Below are positions 56,358 to 64,000 of a DNA stretch of 64,000 nt, piece by piece. The notes under the pieces are model-generated. The model was not told the origin of the DNA, ran no database searches, and saw nothing but the letters and a program-made list of their open reading frames with translations. This stretch comes from Chitinophagaceae bacterium. Lineage in GTDB: Bacteria > Bacteroidota > Bacteroidia > Chitinophagales > Chitinophagaceae. The first letter of the stretch is position 1; every line of letters begins with the position of its first letter. Made by a program: the position numbers and the translations under genes. The stretch is from the NCBI GenBank assembly GCA_043737055.1, contig JAYTBG010000001.1, positions 806-64,805 of the forward strand, read 5' to 3'.

Positions 56358-57182
56358 TTAGGATTCAGTAGGCGTTGCCATTTGTTCAATGACCCCCTGG
56401 GTAACGCCTGTAAAAGAAAACCCTCCATCATGAAAGAGGTTCTGCATCGTTACCATCTTTGTAAGATCGCAAAACAAGGTGATGACATAGTTTGCACAAT
56501 CGCCGGCAGAAGCATTACCGAGCGGGCTCATTTTTTCTGCATAATTAATAAATCCATTAAACCCCTTCACGCCGCTGCCTGCAGTAGTTTTAGTAGGCGA
56601 TTGCGAAATGGTATTAACCCTCACATGCTTCCTGATACCGTAATGATACCCAAAGCTGCGGGCAACACTTTCCAGCAGAGATTTTGCATCAGCCATTTCA
56701 TTGTAGTCCGGAAAAACACGCTGCGCTGCAATGTAGGTGAGCGCAACAACGCTTCCCCAATCATTGATGGCATCCTTTTTCATACAAGTGGCTAACACAC
56801 GGTGCAAACTGATTGAAGATATATCAAGGGTTTTAGCGTTGAAGCCGTAATCAATCTCTGTGTAGTGTTTTCCTTTGCGAACATTCAAGCTCATGCCTAT
56901 GGAATGCAGCACGAAATCGAAACCGCCGCCAAAATGTTCCATAGCCTTAGTAACAAGATTATCTACATCTTCATTATTGCTTACATCGCAGGGAATAACC
57001 GGTGCATTTACCAATGTTGCCAGTTTATTTATTTCGCCCATGCGCATTGCTACAGGCGCATTTGTCAACACTATCTCAGCACCTTCTTCGTGGCAGCGAA
57101 TGGCCGTGATCCATGCAATAGATTTTTCGTCTAAGGCGCCAAAGATGATCCCCTTTTTTCCTTTCAATAAATTATTGCTCAT
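56358..57182 (-). CDS. fabI: Enoyl-ACP reductase (NADH), FabI type
   Basis: LKGKKGIIFG..SIAW start and SDR-like FabI length. 274 aa. Confidence 0.88.
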   Translation of the reverse strand: MSNNLLKGKKGIIFGALDEKSIAWITAIRCHEEGAEIVLTNAPVAMRMGEINKLATLVNAPVIPCDVSNNEDVDNLVTKAMEHFGGGFDFVLHSIGMSLNVRKGKHYTEIDYGFNAKTLDISSISLHRVLATCMKKDAINDWGSVVALTYIAAQRVFPDYNEMADAKSLLESVARSFGYHYGIRKHVRVNTISQSPTKTTAGSGVKGFNGFINYAEKMSPLGNASAGDCANYVITLFCDLTKMVTMQNLFHDGGFSFTGVTQGVIEQMATPTES

Positions 57183-57228
57183 ATTCTTTTATTATGGTTA
57201 AATAACTAATAGTAGTAAAAGTAAATTT

Positions 57229-57438
57229 TTAGGGGCGAATTAAAAAACCAGAAAATTTAAGCATCAGTAGATTAATAACAAACGACAAAATAAATATGCC
57301 CACGAAGTGCGCTAGGAAAAAAAGGAACAGATGATTTAAAGACTGTTTCGGGTTTACAAACTTGCGAATCAGTTTATGCATGGCATACCCCAGGCCAATG
57401 AAAAGAATAAGAATGATTAAGATTGAAATTTTTGCCAT
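57229..57438 (-). CDS. Small membrane protein (2 TM helices), hypothetical
   Basis: 69 aa with two clear hydrophobic helices. Located between recN and fabI. Confidence 0.45.
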   Translation of the reverse strand: MAKISILIILILFIGLGYAMHKLIRKFVNPKQSLNHLFLFFLAHFVGIFILSFVINLLMLKFSGFLIRP

Positions 57439-57474
57439 CTGGTTGCTAAATAATCACGGGTGGAAATGCACCCA

Positions 57475-59130
57475 TTAAATCCCTACCATTTCCCTCGCAT
57501 TTTCAAGGGCCGCTGCCGTGGGTGGCTCACCACCCAACATTTGGGCAATGGCTTTTATCCGTTCCTCGTTGCTTAGCAGTTTTATGTTAGTCACAATTTT
57601 ATCTTTCACCAATTGTTTGTACACAAAATAATGTGCTGCTGCCTTGGCCGCTATTTGTGGCTGATGGGTAATGGCTATGAGTTGGTGCCCCGCAGACAAT
57701 TCTTTCATAATAATACCTACCTGCTTTGCAGCTTCACCACTTATCCCCGTATCTATTTCATCAAAAATTAAGGTGGGCAGTTGCAGCTTTTTTGCTACCA
57801 ACGATTTCACACTGAGCATCAGTCTGCTCAGCTCTCCTCCACTTGCTACTTTATGAAGTGGCTCAAAACGATTGCTTTTATTGGCGTCGAAAAGAAAATC
57901 AATGTCGTCGCTACCAGTGGCATTCAACACACCAGGTTCTAAACGAACTTTGAGCTGCGCATTTGGCATTCCCACCTGGGCCAGTAGTTTGTTGACTTTC
58001 TCCGTAAAAGGTTTTACCTCCGCAGTTCTTTTTGCTGTTATTTTTTTCGCAAGAACAATGCAGGCATCCTGTAATTGTATCGTCAGCTTTTCTAACTTTT
58101 CGATTTCGGTGGAGATGTTGAATACGGCGTCGAGCTTTACCTCTAACTCATTTTTAAGGACAATGAGCTCGGCAGTTTCTTTTAGGTTGTGTTTCTTCAA
58201 AAGCTTAAAACCCGCAGAAAGACGATCATTTACTACCTGTATCCTTTGCATGTCATGGCTTATACCATTATTAATTACTTGTAGTTCATCTGCAATATCC
58301 TGCAACTCTATAATGCTACTCTTCATCCTCTGGTGCAGGTCTATCATTCCCGGATGATAAGATTCCAGCGCATAAATTTTATGCTGTAATACTTTTAACT
58401 GCTGAACAAGCGGTTGCTCGCTGTCTTGCATCTCAAAATAAATACTGCTCAACTGCTCTTTGATATTCTCGGCATTGGTAAGTAGTATCAGCTCTGCGTC
58501 TAAATCTTCTAACTCATTTTCTTTTAATGAAAGTTCGTCTAACTCTTCAAACAAAAAGCGATGATAATCCAGTTCCTTATTGGCATTGTGTTGAAGAGCC
58601 TTCAGGTCTTCCAACTGTTTCTTTGAATTGGCAAATTCGTTAAACTGTTGCCGCAGTTCTCTCAAAAGAGGATTGTTGTCTGCAAGTGCATCTAATACCT
58701 CCCGTTGAAAATTTTCATTACCAAGTTCGAGTGTATCAAATTGCTGGTGCAGGTCTACTAACAAGACTGCCAGTTCCTTTAGCTGTGAAAGATTTACCGG
58801 GGTGTCGTTTATAAAACTTCTTGACTTTCCGTTCACCGCAATCTCTCTCCTCATAATAATTTCCTCGCTGGCATCCAGTTCGTATTTATGGAGAAAAGTT
58901 CTAATCGCATCATTATTTTTTAGGCTGAAAAATCCTTCTACAATACATTTTTTTGTCTTGTCTTGCAGCACACCACTGTCGGCCCTTTGCCCAAGTATAA
59001 GGTTAAGGGCGCCCATCAAAATACTTTTACCAGCCCCGGTTTCACCTGTTATAATGTTCAGGTTTTGAGAAAAAGAAATAAGAAGATCTGTGATGATGGC
59101 GTAGTTCTGAATATGGAGTTTTTGCAACAT
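57475..59130 (-). CDS. recN: DNA repair protein RecN
   Basis: MLQKLHIQNYAII..ITGETGAGKS Walker A, a long coiled coil, ASGGELSR signature and LIFDEIDTG. Confidence 0.92.
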   Translation of the reverse strand: MLQKLHIQNYAIITDLLISFSQNLNIITGETGAGKSILMGALNLILGQRADSGVLQDKTKKCIVEGFFSLKNNDAIRTFLHKYELDASEEIIMRREIAVNGKSRSFINDTPVNLSQLKELAVLLVDLHQQFDTLELGNENFQREVLDALADNNPLLRELRQQFNEFANSKKQLEDLKALQHNANKELDYHRFLFEELDELSLKENELEDLDAELILLTNAENIKEQLSSIYFEMQDSEQPLVQQLKVLQHKIYALESYHPGMIDLHQRMKSSIIELQDIADELQVINNGISHDMQRIQVVNDRLSAGFKLLKKHNLKETAELIVLKNELEVKLDAVFNISTEIEKLEKLTIQLQDACIVLAKKITAKRTAEVKPFTEKVNKLLAQVGMPNAQLKVRLEPGVLNATGSDDIDFLFDANKSNRFEPLHKVASGGELSRLMLSVKSLVAKKLQLPTLIFDEIDTGISGEAAKQVGIIMKELSAGHQLIAITHQPQIAAKAAAHYFVYKQLVKDKIVTNIKLLSNEERIKAIAQMLGGEPPTAAALENAREMVGI

Positions 59131-59305
59131 AGTTTGTAATGGCAAATTAGAGAAACAAGTTGAAAAGGAAATGGATAATTGATAATGAAATAATTATAAA
59201 TAGTCCCGAAATACAACCTCGAAAAACCCAGAACCTTGCTGCTTCATACAATAATGCCTGAACTAAAGCCCAGGCATTATGATTTGTCAATTAGGGATTT
59301 ATCAA

Positions 59306-60472
59306 TTAAGAAAACATCTCCCTCACCTTATCGAAAAACGATTTTTCATTCTTCTCTGGTTTTGGTTCAAAATTTACTGATTCCTGCATGGTCTCAAGCA
59401 TGTCTTTTTCTTCATTACTCACCTGCTGAGGCGTCCAGATATTAACCTGTATTAATTGATCGCCTTTCTCGTAACTGTTTACATGTGGAAAACCTTTGCC
59501 CTTTAGCCTGAAAATTTTGCCGCTTTGCGTACCCGGCGGTATTTTAATTTTTGCTCTACCATCTATTGTAGGTACTTCTATCTGTGTACCAAACACCGCA
59601 TCGGGAAACGATATGTAAAGATCAAACGCAACGTTCAGCCCATCTCTGTGAAGTTGTGCATGTGCCTCCTCCTCTATCAATACAATAAGGTCGCCCGGAT
59701 TACCGCCTCTTTCGCCGGCATTTCCTTTTCCGCTAATGCTTAATTGCATGCCTTCCTGCACCCCTGCAGGTATATCAATAGAAACTGTTTCTTCGCCATA
59801 CACTTTGCCATCTCCTTTACAATTGCCGCATTTGGAGGTAATGGTAGACCCTTCACCGTTACAGGTGGGGCAAGTGGTAACGGTTTGCATCTGGCCAAGA
59901 AAAGTGTTCTGTACTCTTCTCACCTGCCCACTCCCGCTGCAGGTTCCGCAGGTTTGTACACTGCCTTTGTCTTTTGCTCCGCTGCCATCGCAGGTATTGC
60001 ACTTAATGTGTTTTTTTACTTTAATCGTTTTATTGGCTCCTTTAGCAATTTCCTCAAAATTCATTTTGAGCTTTACCCTAAGGTTGGTGCCCCGTGTGCC
60101 ATTGCCACGACCGCCGCCGCCTCTTTTTCCTCCACCGCCAAAAAAACTACCGAACGCATCATCACCAAAAATATCTCCAAACTGGCTAAAGATATCATCC
60201 ATGTTCATGCCTGCACCTCCGTGCCCACCGCCTGCTCGTCCCTGGCCGAAGGCGTTGTGCCCGAACCGATCATATTGTGCTCTTTTATCAGCGTCGTTCA
60301 GCACTTCATAAGCTTCTGCCGCCTCTTTAAATTTTTCTTCAGAGGCTTTGTCGCCCGGGTTCCTGTCCGGGTGAAATTGCATGGCTACTTTACGATAAGC
60401 CTTTTTAATTTCTTCCTGGGAAGAACCTTTGGAAACCCCTAATATTTCGTAAAAATCTCTTTTCGTACTCAT
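59306..60472 (-). CDS. dnaJ: Molecular chaperone DnaJ
   Basis: J-domain with HPD, a G/F-rich region and four CxxCxGxG zinc-finger repeats. Confidence 0.95.
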   Translation of the reverse strand: MSTKRDFYEILGVSKGSSQEEIKKAYRKVAMQFHPDRNPGDKASEEKFKEAAEAYEVLNDADKRAQYDRFGHNAFGQGRAGGGHGGAGMNMDDIFSQFGDIFGDDAFGSFFGGGGKRGGGGRGNGTRGTNLRVKLKMNFEEIAKGANKTIKVKKHIKCNTCDGSGAKDKGSVQTCGTCSGSGQVRRVQNTFLGQMQTVTTCPTCNGEGSTITSKCGNCKGDGKVYGEETVSIDIPAGVQEGMQLSISGKGNAGERGGNPGDLIVLIEEEAHAQLHRDGLNVAFDLYISFPDAVFGTQIEVPTIDGRAKIKIPPGTQSGKIFRLKGKGFPHVNSYEKGDQLIQVNIWTPQQVSNEEKDMLETMQESVNFEPKPEKNEKSFFDKVREMFS

Positions 60473-60549
60473 TGAACTTGGGCTATGCTAAAAAGCACGC
60501 ATTTTTTATGAACTAGTATCCTTGTAGAAGCAAACGGCTATTGATGGTC

Positions 60550-61104
60550 TTATTTACCAACAACTACTTTGGCGAAACGGATCAGTTTGCTATTTAAATA
60601 ATATCCTTTCTGAACCTCATCCACCACTTTGCCTTTAGAAGCTTCGCCAGCCTCTATCTCAGTAATGGCCTCATGCTGCTCCACATCAAAATCTGCGTTC
60701 ACACTTTCCATAGCGGTAAGTCCTTTATGCTGCAAACTTGCTTTTAGCTTATTAAAAACAAGTTGATTACCCTGCTTGATCTGGGCAATATCTTCCGAAA
60801 CCTGCATCTGCTTCTCGGCACGATCGCAGTCGTCCAATACATCCAGAAGGTCAACAATTACATCTTTGCCGGCTGTTTGTATAAGTTCTATTTTTTCTTT
60901 GGATGTTCTGCGCTTGTAATTGTCAAACTCTGCGAATAAACGCAGGTATTTATCTTTTTGTTCTTGCAATTCCGCTGCAAATTTTTCAGCAATTGCATCG
61001 CTATCCTCCATGGGATTGCTAAGGTGATTGTTTCCCGGTATATCAGCATCGGCATTAATATCCATTTCTATATTATCAGGGCTTTCACTTAATTTTTCTT
61101 CCAT
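60550..61104 (-). CDS. grpE: Nucleotide exchange factor GrpE
   Basis: KDKYLRLFAEFDNYKRR block. It lies upstream of dnaJ on the same strand. Confidence 0.92.
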   Translation of the reverse strand: MEEKLSESPDNIEMDINADADIPGNNHLSNPMEDSDAIAEKFAAELQEQKDKYLRLFAEFDNYKRRTSKEKIELIQTAGKDVIVDLLDVLDDCDRAEKQMQVSEDIAQIKQGNQLVFNKLKASLQHKGLTAMESVNADFDVEQHEAITEIEAGEASKGKVVDEVQKGYYLNSKLIRFAKVVVGK

Positions 61105-61212
61105 AAAATTGTCGCTTTAAAATGTTGGCAAATCTACGACTGTCAAACTGTTTGCCAATAGCAAGCCAGCAGTCAAATTGACACTAAAAAAGAGGAAGTG
61201 TGGAGGGATAAA

Positions 61213-61557
61213 TCATTTCACTACCTGGAACTTGCCAGTTTGTGATATGGTGCCGTTTTTGTCTCGCACCTGGAAGATGTAAATACCTCTAAAGAAATCT
61301 TCGAGGTTAATACTGACACGGGCCGGAGCATTCTTAATATCGTAAACCTTTTTGCCCATGAAGTTGTAAACCTGTAAAGAATATGATAGATCTCCACTGG
61401 TTTTGTTAAACTCAAAAGTAATAACAGCACTGGCAGGGTTTGGATAGAACTTTATCAACTTTGCGCCGGCCACATCTTGTGTGGCTATTTTATTTTGAGC
61501 AAGAGAAGTAAAGTTTATTCCAAAAAGAAGAATTAGTATGTAAATAAGTTTATTCAA
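61213..61557 (-). CDS. Signal peptide plus T9SS type A sorting domain only (no recognisable passenger)
   Basis: 114 aa. MNKLIYILILLFGINFTSLAQ signal, about 14 residues, then FYPNPASAVITFEF..LQVYNFMGKKVY..GIYIFQVRD..KFQVVK. Confidence 0.75.
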   Translation of the reverse strand: MNKLIYILILLFGINFTSLAQNKIATQDVAGAKLIKFYPNPASAVITFEFNKTSGDLSYSLQVYNFMGKKVYDIKNAPARVSINLEDFFRGIYIFQVRDKNGTISQTGKFQVVK

Positions 61558-61667
61558 CTAGGTAAAAGTAGTACAATCTTTTTAAGGGAACCTTAAAATA
61601 ATTACAAAATAATACACAGTTAATAAACGACAGAATTCCCCATAATAGTATGTGAATGAAACTTTTA

Positions 61668-62144
61668 TCAGGCCAACTCTCCCAATTTAAAGTCAATGGC
61701 TTCAAAGTTGGGCAAAGCCCCAGGATTGTCTAATACTTCAACATACTGCAAGATGCCCTCCCTGTCAATAATAAAGGCGGATCGTTTGCTCACTCCGTGC
61801 ATATCCATATCCGTAAAAGACTGGTGCAAAGCGTCATAAGACGTAGAAACTGTTTTGTTGAAATCGCTTAACAATGAAAAATTATATTGCTGTTCTTCCT
61901 TGTACTTAGCCAGGGTAAAAACGGAGTCTACCGAAATGCCGAGCACCTCCACCGAATCGTTTTGATATTTGTTGATATCGTCCCTCACTGAACATAACTC
62001 TTTTGTGCAGGTGCCGGTAAAAGCCTGGGGATAAAATAGCAGCAACACATTCTTATTGCCTGCAAAATCTTTAAGACTTATTTTTTGTTTTTCAGAATTA
62101 TAGAGGTTGAAGTGGGGTGCTTGTTGCCCTATGTTTAATGCCAT
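61668..62144 (-). CDS. Peroxiredoxin (AhpC/TSA-Bcp-like)
   Basis: FYPQAFTGTCTKELC peroxidatic-Cys motif. 158 aa. Confidence 0.88.
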   Translation of the reverse strand: MALNIGQQAPHFNLYNSEKQKISLKDFAGNKNVLLLFYPQAFTGTCTKELCSVRDDINKYQNDSVEVLGISVDSVFTLAKYKEEQQYNFSLLSDFNKTVSTSYDALHQSFTDMDMHGVSKRSAFIIDREGILQYVEVLDNPGALPNFEAIDFKLGELA

Positions 62145-62539
62145 GGTAAAAATAGTTTATAGGTTATGTGTGCATAACAAAAATAAGGCCCTTTGGTTCG
62201 TAGTGCCGAAAATAAAAAGGCCCCGCCATAAAGCAGGGCCTTGTAATCCAAACAATCCATAAAAACAAATTTTCCAACTACAGGATAATTTTAGAATTGT
62301 CTAAATTTTTTAGCCTAAATCGGGCAAGTGTGAGTAATGCAGCATGCTGCATCTGCACATTTACTTAATTCGGTCGTCTGGAAAACGGGTGCTGATGGGT
62401 AATGTGTGCATCATGGTATGGTGGGTTAAGAAATAAGCCATTGTTTCGGATACATTAACGCAGGAAGGCAACAGATAGTATGCAAGAAGAAGCAGGGGCA
62501 ACCATTAGTTATCCACAAAGAACAGATGTAAAATGTAAT

Positions 62540-63019
62540 TTATAAACGCAGCATATGCAGTACCACAGGGGCTGTGCTGCCCCAGGGCGCTAATTCCATA
62601 GTAGGTAAATCTTTCTTGGTAAATCGCCACTCCCTATTTAAAAAAAGAAACGAGGGAGGCACACTTGGTTGATTTATGAGGATGGCAAGTTTTCCAAAAT
62701 CTTCGTTGCACTTCCAGCTGCCGCTGTAGGTAACGCCGCTTTTGATGGCCGTCATAGGACCATCGTAATAAGTGTTCTTTAATAATTTAAATACCCAGCC
62801 ATTAAAACGAGCAGTGCTGTCTGCACCATTATCAGTAGCTAGCGAAACTTTAAAATCACGGTTTAATACATTTTCTTCGAAGTATTGTTTATACAGATCT
62901 TCTTTAACCTCAGCACCAATTTTTTTACAGCCGTGTAGCGCCAGCATGGTAATTGCCATGCAAAGTGCAATTACAAAACGCCATTTATAAATAAAGCTTA
63001 AGAAATTAAAATGTTTCAT
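62540..63019 (-). CDS. Hypothetical lipoprotein
   Basis: MKHFNFLSFIYKWRFVIALCMAITMLALHGC is a lipobox-like signal. Its start overlaps the upstream gene's 3' end by 14 nt. Confidence 0.55.
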   Translation of the reverse strand: MKHFNFLSFIYKWRFVIALCMAITMLALHGCKKIGAEVKEDLYKQYFEENVLNRDFKVSLATDNGADSTARFNGWVFKLLKNTYYDGPMTAIKSGVTYSGSWKCNEDFGKLAILINQPSVPPSFLFLNREWRFTKKDLPTMELAPWGSTAPVVLHMLRL

Positions 63020-64000
63020 AGATGCCCTGGTATTTTTTGCTGGCATAGTTTATAAAAAAGCTGCTATCAAGCGAGCTTCCTGTGGCCTTCTGGCACAACT
63101 CGCTGGAAGTATAATAACGCCCGAATTTGTAAATATGTTGTTGGAGCCATTCTAAAACAGGCTTGTTATTGCCCACAGTCAGCGCTTCCTTTATAGACGG
63201 GTTTTGTTGTTCAATAGCTGCATAGAACTGAGCGGCATACAAACTTCCAATGCTGTAAGTGGCAAAATATCCAAAACTGCCATGACTCCAATGTACATCC
63301 TGCAGGCAGCCTCGCCTGTCGTCTGGCACCTGCACACCCAGGTATTGCCGGTATAACTCTGCCCAAACAGTGGGAATATCTTTGACTGCAATGGTCCTAT
63401 CAATGAGTTGCTTTTCAATTTCGTAGCGTATCATCACATGAAAATGATAGGTTACTTCATCTGCTTCTGTTCGTATAAGCGATGGTTGCACTTTGTTGAT
63501 GCCTTTGTAAAACTGCTGCAGGCTTGTATTTTCAAACTGTGTGGGAAAAGTTTGCTGCAGGAGTTTAAAATTGTGTTGCCAAAAGGGCAAACCCCTGCCT
63601 ACATTATTTTCCCAGAGCCTGCTTTGACTTTCATGAATAGGAAGGCTGCAATACTCACTCAGCGGCAAACCATATTCTTCTGCAGGCAGGCCCTGCTCAT
63701 ACAAAGCATGTCCGCCCTCATGTATGCAACTCCAAAGCATATTGGCAAAATCAGTTTCATCTATTCTGGTAGTTACTCTTACGTCTTTGTTATTAAAACT
63801 CGTGGTAAACGGATGCTCGCTGATGTCCTGTCGCCCAGCATCAAAGTCAAAGTGCATTCGCCGGAGTATTTCCATGCCAAGCTCCCATTGTTTGTCTTTA
63901 GAAAAATGCTGTTTTAAAAAGCTATCATCTACCGCGGGTGCTGCCTGTATTGTTGTAAGGAGTGTGCCAAGCTGGGGCTTTAAAGACGCAAACAGCTCAT
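63006..64000 (-). CDS. M32-family carboxypeptidase (Taq-like); 5' end beyond the window
   Basis: EHPFT, HEGGHALYE (HExxH) and IHESQSRLWEN motifs. The frame stays open upstream of the listed Met to nt 64000. Confidence 0.88.
   Translation of the reverse strand, partial: ELFASLKPQLGTLLTTIQAAPAVDDSFLKQHFSKDKQWELGMEILRRMHFDFDAGRQDISEHPFTTSFNNKDVRVTTRIDETDFANMLWSCIHEGGHALYEQGLPAEEYGLPLSEYCSLPIHESQSRLWENNVGRGLPFWQHNFKLLQQTFPTQFENTSLQQFYKGINKVQPSLIRTEADEVTYHFHVMIRYEIEKQLIDRTIAVKDIPTVWAELYRQYLGVQVPDDRRGCLQDVHWSHGSFGYFATYSIGSLYAAQFYAAIEQQNPSIKEALTVGNNKPVLEWLQQHIYKFGRYYTSSELCQKATGSSLDSSFFINYASKKYQGIYETF

Noticed and set aside
59736-60442. 191-aa and 232-aa plus-strand ORFs antisense to dnaJ.
   Set aside because: They arise from the Gly/Cys-rich repetitive coding sequence of dnaJ on the other strand. 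They are Pro/Ala/Ser-rich, low-complexity products.

Overview
64-kb chromosomal window from a Bacteroidota-type genome. Supporting evidence: the SprA type IX secretion (T9SS) translocon, several T9SS type A and type B C-terminal sorting domains, a short sigma-A-type RpoD, futalosine-pathway mqnB/mqnD, and a TAnnTTTG-like -7 box. Most of the window is housekeeping: ruvA, fabH, fabD, fabI, sucB-like E2, rpoD, lptF/G, Tat-signal SOD, gatC, trpS, folE, mdh, efp-accB-accC, fused E1 alpha/beta dehydrogenase, recN, grpE-dnaJ. I saw no rRNA, CRISPR array, integrase or transposase. The best candidate for something undescribed is 30812-31556. There, an intact tRNA(CAU) is followed by two tandem ~340-bp cassettes. 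Each cassette holds a minimal GIY-YIG nuclease ORF with the same frameshift in both copies, and each is bounded by a copy of the tRNA 3' end, with a third decayed tRNA remnant closing the array. Other points worth a second look: (1) the EF-P at the canonical efp-accB-accC locus has an Arg32-type loop (NKTARAAA) instead of PGKG, and no modification gene is nearby; (2) a dockerin-like secreted protein sits next to a T9SS-anchored protein; (3) a 7-TM sensor module and its histidine kinase are separated by one in-frame TAA; (4) two orphan NarL/LuxR-type response-regulator paralogs have collinear conserved upstream blocks and perfect palindromes; (5) tandem PTPS/QueD paralogs lie upstream of folE; (6) heptamer tandem-repeat arrays flank accC; (7) a T9SS sorting-domain protein has no passenger; (8) several pseudogene-like lesions occur, and both independent frameshift sites are single-A losses in A-runs, so sequencing error must be excluded. 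All calls come from reading the sequence and the ORF track by eye. No database search was run.
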